Origin: Thainema sp.
GTDB taxonomy: Bacteria; Cyanobacteriota; Cyanobacteriia; Phormidesmidales; Phormidesmidaceae
Direction: 5' to 3'
Assembly: GCA_052168235.1 (NCBI GenBank)
Contig: JBQLZK010000077.1
Location: forward strand, 1-27,766
Length of the DNA: 27,766 nt
Under the pieces are notes generated by a model. The model searched no databases. It was given only the letters and a program-made list of their open reading frames with translations, and was not told the origin of the DNA. A program made the translations under genes and the position numbers. The first letter of the stretch is position 1, and the number at the start of each line of letters is the position of its first letter. This document shows positions 9,238 through 18,551 of this stretch, in pieces.

Positions 9238-10659
9238 TTAGGGGGCTTTTTGATTGCCAAACAACACTCTACGAAAATATTCACGGTAGAGATTAGGCTC
9301 TATAATCCAACCGTTATCAATAGATTTAATTAGCCCTGTTCCTTCCAGTTGATAGGCCAGGATGGGATCGAGGCTGACAGGAATGTCGCTCATCACTAGC
9401 GATCGCAGTTGGGCAAGCTGCTCGGGACCATCCTGCACGTACACCAGCATTTGCTGTAGATAGTTGTGAAAAATACCGTTTGGTGTAACAGCACTGCGAG
9501 CTAAGTTGTTCAATGACAGATTGTCCTGGCTGAGATGGTAGAGCGCAATGCGGATCAGCTCTGGATGACCGCCCACAAGAGCCATTAGCTGATCACACTC
9601 TGCGGCAGATAGCGACAGGTTATATAAACGGGCAAGAGTGCTCACTTGCTCAGCCGTAAACGTCGGCAGCAGAATAGGCAGACCGATATTAAACGGAGAC
9701 TGATTGATGTCTAGCGGTAAATAGCTATCGGTCGCATAGGTAACCACCTGCCGTAGCTGTTGCCATAGGGCATCGTGGCTGGCTTCTTCATACCAAGACC
9801 GCAGGAGGGGGAGAAACGCCTGAGCGGTTGCTGGATAGGCAAATAGGCAGTTGAATTCTTTGATGCTTAATAGAACAGGAGTGGGGCTAGTAGCGAGAAT
9901 TTGCTCCCGGATGAAAACCGTTGTACTGAGCGCATTACCGAGAATATCGCTCCAGGATGCTTCCACATCTACACTTTTACCTAGCTTGAGGGCAACAGCT
10001 CCACAAAACCAGCGCAGAAATTTGCCTGCATCTGACAAAATAGCAGGCTCTGCTTGCAGTAAATCAATCAGTGCGATCGCAAATCCTAAGTCCTCAGCCC
10101 GTGCCAAAACCCGCAGCAGTAATGAGCTTTTTCCAAATCCGGATGGGGCCTTGATTCGAACAGTGCAACCCGGATGGGCAATCTCTGCACAGGCTCGTTC
10201 TTCTAGTGGCGGACGAGGAATATAAAACGGAGAATTTAAGGGGACTGGGCCGCTGGGATAGGCAATCCGGCCAGGTAAACCGCTACTCAGTTTCTGTTGA
10301 GATAACAATTCTTGAGCCGTTAATGGCTGCTGTGTATAAGTTTGCGTATAAGTTACTGATCGAGTTTGTTCAGCCGGAAATTCACCAGGTCGGTAAATAT
10401 CAGCTTCCGTCAGCTCTAGACCAAACGCACTAAACATCAAACGCAATGTCCGTTTGTCAACACCGGATCGAGCTGCCCATAGCCGACTAATGGTTGAGAG
10501 GGAAACACCAGTACGCTTACTCAGATCTTCTGTGGTGTAGCGATTACCGTTATTCTCCAGAGCCTCAGCCTGTTCAATTGCTTGTTTGAGACGACGTAGA
10601 GCCTGGGCATTAAGAACAAATCCCCGTTTACGTTTGATGGGCTCGTTGGGCTGGTTCAT
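9238..10659 (-). CDS. N-terminal HTH plus AAA-like (AAA_35-type) domain protein, putative regulator
   Basis: KRKRG basic motif and XRE-like HTH (YTTEDLSKRTGVSLSTISRL); YPSGPVPLNSPFYIPRPPLE, Walker A APSGFGKSS, QSPFNIG, LVGGHP; start ATG 10659 or TTG 10668. Confidence 0.88.
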   Translation of the reverse strand: MNQPNEPIKRKRGFVLNAQALRRLKQAIEQAEALENNGNRYTTEDLSKRTGVSLSTISRLWAARSGVDKRTLRLMFSAFGLELTEADIYRPGEFPAEQTRSVTYTQTYTQQPLTAQELLSQQKLSSGLPGRIAYPSGPVPLNSPFYIPRPPLEERACAEIAHPGCTVRIKAPSGFGKSSLLLRVLARAEDLGFAIALIDLLQAEPAILSDAGKFLRWFCGAVALKLGKSVDVEASWSDILGNALSTTVFIREQILATSPTPVLLSIKEFNCLFAYPATAQAFLPLLRSWYEEASHDALWQQLRQVVTYATDSYLPLDINQSPFNIGLPILLPTFTAEQVSTLARLYNLSLSAAECDQLMALVGGHPELIRIALYHLSQDNLSLNNLARSAVTPNGIFHNYLQQMLVYVQDGPEQLAQLRSLVMSDIPVSLDPILAYQLEGTGLIKSIDNGWIIEPNLYREYFRRVLFGNQKAP

Positions 10660-11346
10660 GGTGTACAAACAATTTGGTCAGCCGCATAACTCATATCGGA
10701 TCCCCTGCAGATTGAACTACAGAACTGGATTTTGGGACGAGTTGTGATTGCAAAATATCTTTTCCAGTTTTAAGCCACAGTTTGGGTAACAGGTTCTAAA
10801 GACAGAATTGGCTCATCTAGTTTCTGAGACAGATGCTTATCGTTGAAACTGTTCTAAGATTCTTCATCATGTAACATGATTGTCCTTTTTTCAATATTTT
10901 TCTCGCTCTAATCAATAAACGCGACTCCTTGTAACTAATTTCCTGCTTGGTCTTCTCAATCAGGATACTAAAACCATACAAAACGCGTGATTGGCTGCTT
11001 ACTTTGTTGCGTCAAAGCTTGAGATAAGTTGAACAGTCATTCAAGATTTGAGTAAACCTGAGATAAAAGTTCTACGTTTAACTGCCTTAAATAAAATATT
11101 TTGAGTTTAGGCTGAGTTTAGGCTTTAATTTCTGCATAGTTTTTCAAAATGCAAATTCTGATGACAAAACAGTAAAAACTTACATCTTCTTTAGAAAAAT
11201 ATTTTATTATACGCTAGTCAAAAAATATGCGCCTAGATTATTTTGGGTCTAATACACAGCTTTGTTAGTAAATCTGAAAAATTAACTTTTAATTCATGAT
11301 TGTGGTTTGAATAGACAGCATAAAACTCGCTTTTGAGGAGAAACCT

Positions 11347-11625
11347 ATGGGCATCATTGCTTGGATTATTTTGGGACTGATTGCAGGTGCGATCGCAAAA
11401 CTTATTTATCCCGGTCGGCAAGGCGGCGGCATCTTCGCCACCATGTTCTTGGGAATTGTCGGCGCATTTATTGGCGGAACGCTGCATACCTGGCTGACGA
11501 CTGGAGCGTTTCAGCTAGCAGGGGTTTCGTTTAGCTTCGGTGGTATTGGGTTGGCGATTGTGGGGGCTATCATTCTCATTTTCATTTGGGGACTCGTCAC
11601 CCGCCGAGGGGCATCTAATACCTAA
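11347..11625 (+). CDS. GlsB/YeaQ/YmgE family (transglycosylase-associated) membrane protein
   Basis: MGIIAWIILGLIAGAIAKLIYPG...LGIVGAFIGG signature, three TM segments, RBS gaggag. Confidence 0.92.
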   Translation: MGIIAWIILGLIAGAIAKLIYPGRQGGGIFATMFLGIVGAFIGGTLHTWLTTGAFQLAGVSFSFGGIGLAIVGAIILIFIWGLVTRRGASNT

Positions 11626-11640
11626 ATCAAAAACTCCCAA

Positions 11641-11701
11641 GCTGTGGAGCATCGCAATATTTCTCCGCTTGTGGCGGAGAAATATTGCGATGCTCCACAG
11701 C
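11641..11701. repeat. Perfect inverted repeat, 28-bp arms
   Basis: gctgtggagcatcgcaatatttctccgc-ttgtg-gcggagaaatattgcgatgctccacagc. Confidence 0.9.
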
Positions 11702-11744
11702 CTAAGAAGTGCTGTATTCATTTAATTGTTGTGAGGAAAGATCG

Positions 11745-12308
11745 ATGAAGCGTTTGTTTTGTATAACTGCGATCGCAGGTTTGACTTTAACGGCTTTAGG
11801 ATTAAAAGCCAGTGCTCAAGATCCGGTATCTGGGCTACAGGATCTAGTTGGTGAGCGGGGTCGCGACGGCGAAATGGCTCTACAGGATCGGGGCTATGAG
11901 TTTCGCTGGGCCGATAATTCTAGTTCAGACGCTGTGTACAGCTATTGGACAAATTACAGTACGGGGCAGTGTGTTACCGTGCGGACTGAAAACGGACGCT
12001 ATGCCAGCATCGTCACCTCCCCCGCATTTGACTGTGACCAAGGCGATCCGGCACATACCGAAGATACTGGCAGTTCTGTACATCGTCGCGTGGCAGACTT
12101 AATTGGCGTGCGGGCTAGCTCCGGTGAACAAGCACTGCAAGATCGGGGATACAACTATGTCACAGGTGAAGAACTCAGCGATGGTGTTGCTACTTACTGG
12201 ATTGAAGGCAGTACTGGTCAATGTGTTGAGGTGATTACTTCAAATGGAGTCTATCAAGACATCTTTGAAGTGGAGTGGTACTACTGTCAACCGAGTGACG
12301 GCGAATAG
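11745..12308 (+). CDS. Secreted hypothetical protein with two ~65-aa Cys-paired repeats
   Basis: RBS gaggaa, signal peptide MKRLF...ASA; repeats DLxGxR..GExALQDRGY..YW..STGQCVxVxTxNGxY..C. Confidence 0.85.
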   Translation: MKRLFCITAIAGLTLTALGLKASAQDPVSGLQDLVGERGRDGEMALQDRGYEFRWADNSSSDAVYSYWTNYSTGQCVTVRTENGRYASIVTSPAFDCDQGDPAHTEDTGSSVHRRVADLIGVRASSGEQALQDRGYNYVTGEELSDGVATYWIEGSTGQCVEVITSNGVYQDIFEVEWYYCQPSDGE

Positions 12309-12388
12309 ATATAGATTGCATGCTACTTCTGCATAATCACTCTGGTCAAAAATTGCTGAATTGCTCTGTAACTACAAAAATTATTGAT

Positions 12389-13006
12389 ATGAAACCGATT
12401 AAAGCACGAACATTGGCTTTTTCACTCACAGTTTTAGGTAGCGCTTGCCTTCCTGTTATGGGCATTATGAATCCAATACGGACACAAGCTCTAGACAGTT
12501 CATCGAACCTAATTGCGCAGTCCTATACCCCGGTTACTTACATCACTCGCTTTAGCTGGGATCCCAACCAAATTGTGATGCAGATTAGCGAAGGGGAATT
12601 CATCTTTCACGGCTATTTATTCCGTACAGAAGGCAATATGTTCGTTGGTGAAGATGACCAAGTTCGCTTAATGTACGACTACGACACCGAGCGCGTTGTG
12701 GTCATTAACAAGATGACGGGAACAGAATTTTATAACTACTTTTTCCATGATCCCAATCTCGGTACAGGGTCAGCTCCGGCTTCTGGCTCGAATGAAGTGA
12801 GCGCTGCTGAATCAAACTGTTTAGCGGCGGTTGCTAATCAGACAGGTGTCGGCGATGTTTCAACTATTCGAGTTGAGTATGCAGAATCAGGAATCGGTGT
12901 ACAGGTTGCTGTTCCAGGTGCCGAAGCACCGTGGCAGTGTGTAGTCGATACAGACGGTGAAACGGTGGTCAACGTGTACTACACTGGCAGCGAAGGCGCT
13001 CTCTAA
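12389..13006 (+). CDS. Secreted two-domain hypothetical protein
   Basis: Signal-like N-terminus, beta-rich middle domain, Gly/Ser linker, C-terminal two-Cys module (AAESNCLAAVA...APWQC). Confidence 0.8.
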   Translation: MKPIKARTLAFSLTVLGSACLPVMGIMNPIRTQALDSSSNLIAQSYTPVTYITRFSWDPNQIVMQISEGEFIFHGYLFRTEGNMFVGEDDQVRLMYDYDTERVVVINKMTGTEFYNYFFHDPNLGTGSAPASGSNEVSAAESNCLAAVANQTGVGDVSTIRVEYAESGIGVQVAVPGAEAPWQCVVDTDGETVVNVYYTGSEGAL

Positions 13007-13034
13007 ATTTTCTATTTCGGCTAGAAATAACTCC

Positions 13035-13089
13035 AATGATTACGTGAAAGTTAGGATATGTCCAACTTTACGTAATCATTTGTTTTTTT
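13035..13089 (+). terminator. Imperfect hairpin plus T-run after the secreted-protein cluster
   Basis: aatgattacgt...acgtaatcatt followed by tgttttttt. Confidence 0.55.
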
Positions 13090-13094
13090 AGAAT

Positions 13095-13472
13095 ATGAGC
13101 TGGATTTCTGTAGCGATTGCCGTTGGTGCCGTTTTTGGGGCATTGAGTCGATACTATCTCACCCTGTTTTGGATCGAAAAACAGGGCAATCGGTTTCCCT
13201 GTGGTACCTTATTCGTGAATTTGACAGGGTCATTACTGATTGGTGTTGTCTCAGTTTTAACGACTCGATATGCAGTACCTGCCATAGTTCAGAAATCCAT
13301 TCTCGTTGGCTTTTTAGGAGCCTATACAACGTTTTCATCCTACATCTTGGACGCCGCTAACCTGTTTTGGCGTGCTCAAAAGCTGACTGCGCTATTCTAC
13401 TGGCTGAGTAGCCCTGTATTGGGCTTTTTGTGCGTTGAGCTAGGTATTTGGTTTGGACATCGGTTGATTTGA
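13095..13472 (+). CDS. crcB: Fluoride channel Fluc/CrcB (copy 1)
   Basis: GAVFGALSRY, FPCGTLFVN, GFLGAYTTFSSY; four TM segments. Confidence 0.93.
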   Translation: MSWISVAIAVGAVFGALSRYYLTLFWIEKQGNRFPCGTLFVNLTGSLLIGVVSVLTTRYAVPAIVQKSILVGFLGAYTTFSSYILDAANLFWRAQKLTALFYWLSSPVLGFLCVELGIWFGHRLI

Positions 13473-13493
13473 TTACGGTCAGCGTTCACTGGA

Positions 13494-13907
13494 TTAATTT
13501 TGAGATCGCGATGTCTCGATTTGCCTGGCAAGGAGAGTTCCTAGAGCAAAACACAGAAAACCTAGAATTGGACTGCCGATCCAGTAAATGAAATCAGCCT
13601 GTAGGTTTCGAGCTTCTAACAAATTCGCGCTGTCTAACTCGTAGGATGAGAAAGTGGTGTAGGCTCCCAAGAAACCCGTTGTCATCAATAGGAATAGCTC
13701 AGGATGAAATGAAAATCGCCTTGTCGCCAACGTTGTGATAAGTCCCATCAGAAAACATCCACTTAGGTTAATCAGCAGGGTGCCAATTGGAAAATTGATG
13801 TCGATGGAGTTGCCTAACCACTGACCTGAAACATATCGACAGAGTGCACCTGCGATCGCACCTAAACTAATGGCGATTGGTGCTCGAATAGCTGGATTTT
13901 CTAACAT
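13494..13907 (-). CDS. crcB: Fluoride channel Fluc/CrcB (copy 2)
   Basis: GAIAGALCRY, FPIGTLLIN, TGFLGAYTTFSSYELD. Confidence 0.94.
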   Translation of the reverse strand: MLENPAIRAPIAISLGAIAGALCRYVSGQWLGNSIDINFPIGTLLINLSGCFLMGLITTLATRRFSFHPELFLLMTTGFLGAYTTFSSYELDSANLLEARNLQADFIYWIGSPILGFLCFALGTLLARQIETSRSQN

Positions 13908-14005
13908 CTGCTTGCCAGAAGATTATCTTGTCTCAAATTCGTTATGGCACTGCGCCCGTAGGTTAAGGCATATATTTTTACTTAAGCACATAGCGCTATA
14001 TAACC

Positions 14006-14033
14006 AAAACAAAGGAGCGCATGTGCGCTCCTT
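14006..14033 (-). terminator. Probable terminator of pyrH-frr
   Basis: aaggagcgca-tg-tgcgctcctt stem followed by T-rich sequence on the minus strand. Confidence 0.65.
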
Positions 14034-14109
14034 CACTGTATTGAGAATTATGTTGAGATCGTTTAGATCCTAATTGCTTAAATCTAAGCATGTCTGACCG
14101 ATCAGCAAA

Positions 14110-14658
14110 CTAGACCGTCATAATGTCTTTTTCCTTGGCAGCCAATAATTCATCAATCTTGGCCGTGTATTTATCCGTCAGACCTTGCACATCGTCTTGC
14201 AAACTGCGAGATTCATCTTCGGAGATTTCGCTGTTTTTCTCCTGCTTGCGGATGTCGTCAATTGCATCACGGCGGGCATTGCGAATCGAAACTTTGCCTT
14301 CTTCAGCATACTTAGAGGCTAGTTTGGCAAAGTCTTTACGACGCTCACTGGTCAGTGGCGGAATGTTGAGACGAATCAGCGATCCGTCATTGTTCGGCAC
14401 TAGTCCGACGTCGGACATTGAGATTGATTTTTCAATCAATGACAAACTGCCCGGATCATAGGGCTGAATCATGATGGTGCTGGCATCCGGTGCACTGATA
14501 TTGGCCAGTGACTTTAATGGAGTTTGAGCGCCATAATAGTCAACCGTGACTTTATCCAGCAGGGACGGGTTTGCCCGCCCGGTGCGGATTGTATTGAATG
14601 CTCGCTGAGTTGCCTCAACGGCCTTTTGCATATGGCTTTCAGCTTCAGCTAACTTCAC
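14110..14658 (-). CDS. frr: Ribosome recycling factor
   Basis: [35 protein letters not shown] start at 14658 overlaps the pyrH end. Confidence 0.98.
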   Translation of the reverse strand: MKLAEAESHMQKAVEATQRAFNTIRTGRANPSLLDKVTVDYYGAQTPLKSLANISAPDASTIMIQPYDPGSLSLIEKSISMSDVGLVPNNDGSLIRLNIPPLTSERRKDFAKLASKYAEEGKVSIRNARRDAIDDIRKQEKNSEISEDESRSLQDDVQGLTDKYTAKIDELLAAKEKDIMTV

Positions 14659-15373
14659 AAGAACCTCCCACAATTGTTCCGATAGGCTCACCCATCAGCG
14701 CTTTTTGAATATTTCCAGCCACCGACAAATTAAAGACGGCGATTGGAATGCTGTACTCTTTACACAGCGCGATCGCAGTTCCGTCCATTACCTTCAGGTC
14801 GTGCGTCAACACATAACTATAGGTTAAGGTTTGGAACCGCCTAGCGTCTGGATTTTTGGTTGGGTCAGAATCATAGATTCCATCCACCTTGGTTGCCTTA
14901 AAGACAACTTCGGCATTAATTTCAGCAGCTCGCAGAGCTGCAGTTGTATCCGTGGTGAAAAACGGATTTCCCGAACCTGCACCAAAAATGACAACGCGAT
15001 TTTTCTCTAGATGGCGAATGGCGCGTCGCCGAATATAGGGTTCTGCCACCTCCTGCATGGAGATAGCGGTTTGGACCCGTGTCGGCACGTCAATTTGTTC
15101 CAGCGCATCTTGCAGAGTCATGGCGTTCATTACGGTGGCAATCATACCGATATAGTCGGCTGTTGCCCGATCCATGCCGCCTGCTGCTCCTTTAATTCCT
15201 CGAAAAATATTGCCGCCACCGACCACAATTGCCACCTGCACACCTGCTTTGTGTACAATGGCAACTTCTTTGGCAATATCTTGAACGACTTTTGGATCGA
15301 TCCCGTAAGATAAGTCGCCCATGAGCGCTTCACCGCTCAGTTTTAGCAACACTCGCTGGTATTTGGTGCCCAT
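14645..15373 (-). CDS. pyrH: UMP kinase
   Basis: [31 protein letters not shown]; adjacent to frr. Confidence 0.98.
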   Translation of the reverse strand: MGTKYQRVLLKLSGEALMGDLSYGIDPKVVQDIAKEVAIVHKAGVQVAIVVGGGNIFRGIKGAAGGMDRATADYIGMIATVMNAMTLQDALEQIDVPTRVQTAISMQEVAEPYIRRRAIRHLEKNRVVIFGAGSGNPFFTTDTTAALRAAEINAEVVFKATKVDGIYDSDPTKNPDARRFQTLTYSYVLTHDLKVMDGTAIALCKEYSIPIAVFNLSVAGNIQKALMGEPIGTIVGGSCEVS

Positions 15374-15446
15374 CCAAACTTCACTTTAATATTTAGAGTT
15401 TATCTCCCACATAAGATAGCAGTCCTCGGGCATGGAATCCCAGTTT

Positions 15447-16307
15447 TTAGTAATCCTGCTGAATTTGTTCCGCATCAAACGGCACCGTTCGCTTGGTTGG
15501 ATGAACCAATGTTACAAGCGGCTCGGTGGCAGACGGCTCGGTGACAGGCTGATTCTGCGCGGCTTGCAGTTGGGGCTGGGCTTTGGGCTGCAACACCACT
15601 AATCCAGAGGCCAACGCCTGTTGCACAATTGGATCGGTTTCCTGCTGCTGCACAATTTGAAAACAGTCGCGAATGTGCGATCGCAACGGCACCGACGGCG
15701 CATATTCCTGATCCATTGGCAGCTGATCGGCAAGCTGGAGCAGTCGGCGAGCCGCAATTAGCCGCTGGAGTGGGTCGGTATGGCGCAACTGGCTGAGCAG
15801 TTGGTCAACCTGCGCTGGCTCATCATCAGCACTGAGTAGCGCATTGCCCAGCAGATTACTGCCGTTGGCAGCTTGCACCATCGTCAGCAGCAAGATCCCA
15901 ATCAGGCCGCTTTGTAACAGCCACCCCATCGAAATCCAGGTTTGCCCCGACTCCAGGCCGATGGATAGCGCTACATAGGTGGTCAGCATGACCGCACCAC
16001 CCGCAATCAGCGCCATCCGCAGCGGGTGACGCTGTACGTCGAAGAACTGCTGCCAATTTAGGCTGGGTAACCGCCATTGTCCTTGCTGGATTTGAAATGC
16101 CGCTACCATGCCGATCAGTCCAGCCGTCAATGATAGGATTAGCCGCTCATTCCAAGCCACCAGCAGCATGTAGCCCAAGCCAGCCAAGAACCAGCGCCCC
16201 GATTGCTGCAAGCGGTCGAAATTAGACTGCTCGATGACAGTTTTGAAGTTATGCACAATGCGCTGCCAGCGCTGACGAGTGTGCGCCAGCCGATTTTGTA
16301 CAAACAT
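15447..16307 (-). CDS. Hypothetical membrane protein with C-terminal HEAT/ARM-like helices
   Basis: 286-aa ORF, about four TM segments, then LRHTDPLQRLIAARRL...ETDPIVQQAL. Confidence 0.8.
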   Translation of the reverse strand: MFVQNRLAHTRQRWQRIVHNFKTVIEQSNFDRLQQSGRWFLAGLGYMLLVAWNERLILSLTAGLIGMVAAFQIQQGQWRLPSLNWQQFFDVQRHPLRMALIAGGAVMLTTYVALSIGLESGQTWISMGWLLQSGLIGILLLTMVQAANGSNLLGNALLSADDEPAQVDQLLSQLRHTDPLQRLIAARRLLQLADQLPMDQEYAPSVPLRSHIRDCFQIVQQQETDPIVQQALASGLVVLQPKAQPQLQAAQNQPVTEPSATEPLVTLVHPTKRTVPFDAEQIQQDY

Positions 16308-16452
16308 CTGAGTCCCGTATATCTATTACGATTGAATCTTTACAAATAGTACGGGATTCCTCTCCAGTCCGGCATTAAAAGGCATTAAAAATTGATCAGG
16401 GTTTTACCAAATCCGTTCTGATCAGAACCCAGTGAAATCAAGTTGACAGATT

Positions 16453-16501
16453 AGTAGAAAAGAAAAGAATGGGGCAATATCCCATTCTTTTCTTTTCTAC
16501 T
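16453..16501. repeat. Inverted repeat, 21-bp arms
   Basis: agtagaaaagaaaagaatggg-gcaatat-cccattcttttcttttctact. Confidence 0.85.
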
Positions 16502-16685
16502 TGGATAAGAATGCAAATCGAAATAAGGATCATAAAACTTACCCAAACGGGTGCCGTGAGTACCCGGATCTATTCCCGAAGATGGAGAACAGTGAACTAA
16601 TTGTTCGGTGTTGCCACCCAAGTTTGAGTTGAACTCAGCAACACCTACTGTTCAAAACAGCCTACATTCGGAGACTGAAGTCAAT

Positions 16686-17228
16686 ATGTCATCAAAGATA
16701 TCAGCCCCCAACATGGTTAATCCCACGCCCGAAACACCTGAACCGGCACCCAATTCCATCCATCTCCAAAAGCCAGATAATGCGCTGCTGGCCGATATTG
16801 AGTATCCCTCAACTACTGCTATTCAGCCCGATTGGATCCGCGATCGCTATCCGGAATATGCCACCGATCACGGTATGGATCACGAACTGACCAGCGTGCG
16901 GCTAGCTGAACACAATGGTCATCAGATCAAAATTACGACCCGCTATCAAATTGAAATCGACGGTCGCTCGGTTCATCTACACGCGATGGTCGATAACGAC
17001 GGCCAATTGTTCTGCCACACCACACCCTATGTGCAGTACCAATCCGCAGTGGATTTGGTCAAAGCCCTAATGGATCGCTTCCCAGAGTCGTTCACACCAG
17101 AAGATGGCCGCCCGGATGAGCTACATGAGCCTGCTGAGCACGAATCCGCAACAGAGGAATCGACAGACGCATCTGACCATCATGCAGATCACACCACTCA
17201 TAATCACAGCCATCATGGCCATCACTAA
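16686..17228 (+). CDS. Putative tyrosinase cofactor / copper chaperone (MelC1 caddie-like) with His-rich tail
   Basis: HNGHQI...IEIDGRSVHLHAMVDNDGQLFCHTTPY...SAVDLVKALMD resembles the caddie core; C-terminus DHHADHTTHNHSHHGHH; directly upstream of a tyrosinase; start ATG 16686 uncertain. Confidence 0.7.
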   Translation: MSSKISAPNMVNPTPETPEPAPNSIHLQKPDNALLADIEYPSTTAIQPDWIRDRYPEYATDHGMDHELTSVRLAEHNGHQIKITTRYQIEIDGRSVHLHAMVDNDGQLFCHTTPYVQYQSAVDLVKALMDRFPESFTPEDGRPDELHEPAEHESATEESTDASDHHADHTTHNHSHHGHH

Positions 17229-17256
17229 CCATGTCAAGTCTGTGTATCAGAACTTA

Positions 17257-17307
17257 ATTTATGTTTGGCAACAGCTTGGCCTAGCCAAGCTGTTGCCAAA
17301 CATAAAT
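17257..17307. repeat. Perfect inverted repeat, 24-bp arms
   Basis: atttatgtttggcaacagcttggc-cta-gccaagctgttgccaaacataaat. Confidence 0.9.
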
Positions 17308-17431
17308 CATCGGGTTTCAACCGGACTTTGTATCACCCTATAGGTTGAAATTGCGGTACAAAACCCAACGCGCTGTTAACCGTCAATCCCCCAAGACTCA
17401 CCGATTTTGACCATTTGGAGACCTAGCCCCC

Positions 17432-18325
17432 ATGATCCGCCACGATATTCTACGTAATGCCACCGCTGCTGAGCAGTTCATCACAGGTGTTCAGCGAATG
17501 AAAGATCCCGCCATCATGCCTTGGCCGGGACGGACTAACTTGTCGATGTACGACTTCTTCATCTTTTGGCATCATCGGGCCATGATGCTGTCCACGCCGC
17601 CATCGCAGAACAGCCGCAACGCGGCTCACTCTGGCCCGGTATTTTTGCCCTGGCACCGCTACATGCTGCTGATGTTTGAGTTCTATCTGCGCGATGCTGT
17701 CGGTGACGATAATTTTCGGCTGCCCTACTGGAACTGGGCTACCGATGCGGAACTGGCCGATCCCACAACTTCCCGAATCTGGAGTGGCGACTTAGCGGGA
17801 CAGTTTACTAACGGGACTTGGCGAGTGCGGCTGGAACCCAATCCGACTGAGCGAAATCCCCGCACCGTTGATCGGCCCCTGCGTCGTGCTTTGGGTCGGG
17901 GTGGACGAATCGCCAATCTGGCGGAAGTACGAGAGCTGATCCAAAGTCGCTCTACCTATGATGCATCGCCCTATAGTATGACCGTTGACAGCTTCCGCAA
18001 TCATTTGGAAGGCTGGCGCGGTTTGGGACATCACAACTTAGTCCATGTCTGGATTGGCGGCGATATGGCCGTGTCTACCTCGCCCAATGATCCAATTTTC
18101 TTTCTGCATCACTGCAATGTCGATCGTATCTGGGCCGCGTGGCAGCAGCACCATCCCAATGCAGCGTATATGCCCGCTCAAAGTGAGTCAGACGATTATC
18201 AGTTCCATCGGATTGATGATGCAATGCACACGTTCTTCAATCACGGGTCTGACATTACGCCCCGCACGATGCTAGATGCCAGTCAGTGGTACACCTATGA
18301 TGCGCTAGATGATCTGCTGTCATAG
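17432..18325 (+). CDS. Tyrosinase family type-3 copper enzyme (single domain, MelC2-like)
   Basis: CuA: YDFFIFWHH, AAHSGPVFLPWHR; LPYWNW; CuB: HHNLVHVWIGG, SPNDPIFFLHHCNVDRIW; C-terminal YTYD. Confidence 0.95.
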   Translation: MIRHDILRNATAAEQFITGVQRMKDPAIMPWPGRTNLSMYDFFIFWHHRAMMLSTPPSQNSRNAAHSGPVFLPWHRYMLLMFEFYLRDAVGDDNFRLPYWNWATDAELADPTTSRIWSGDLAGQFTNGTWRVRLEPNPTERNPRTVDRPLRRALGRGGRIANLAEVRELIQSRSTYDASPYSMTVDSFRNHLEGWRGLGHHNLVHVWIGGDMAVSTSPNDPIFFLHHCNVDRIWAAWQQHHPNAAYMPAQSESDDYQFHRIDDAMHTFFNHGSDITPRTMLDASQWYTYDALDDLLS

Positions 18326-18551
18326 CAATCTGCACATTATCTGGTATCAAGAAGCCCAACCTGAAACCCGATTAGCGCTGTGAAATCAGGCTAGACCTGA
18401 CGTTCAAAGCGCTAATTCGGTTTTTCTTGTCGGATTTGGCGTGACAATATGCTTGTTGCGATCGCGCTTTGCGGTCTTATCTTTCCCCCTGATACCGCTC
18501 AACAACGGTAAAATAATGTAAAGATTTCTGAGACTGGAGACTCGACTATTC

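Noticed and set aside
13007..14100. Fluoride riboswitch upstream of either crcB
   Set aside because: Could not find the conserved GGCGATGG...GCTGATG-type core by eye
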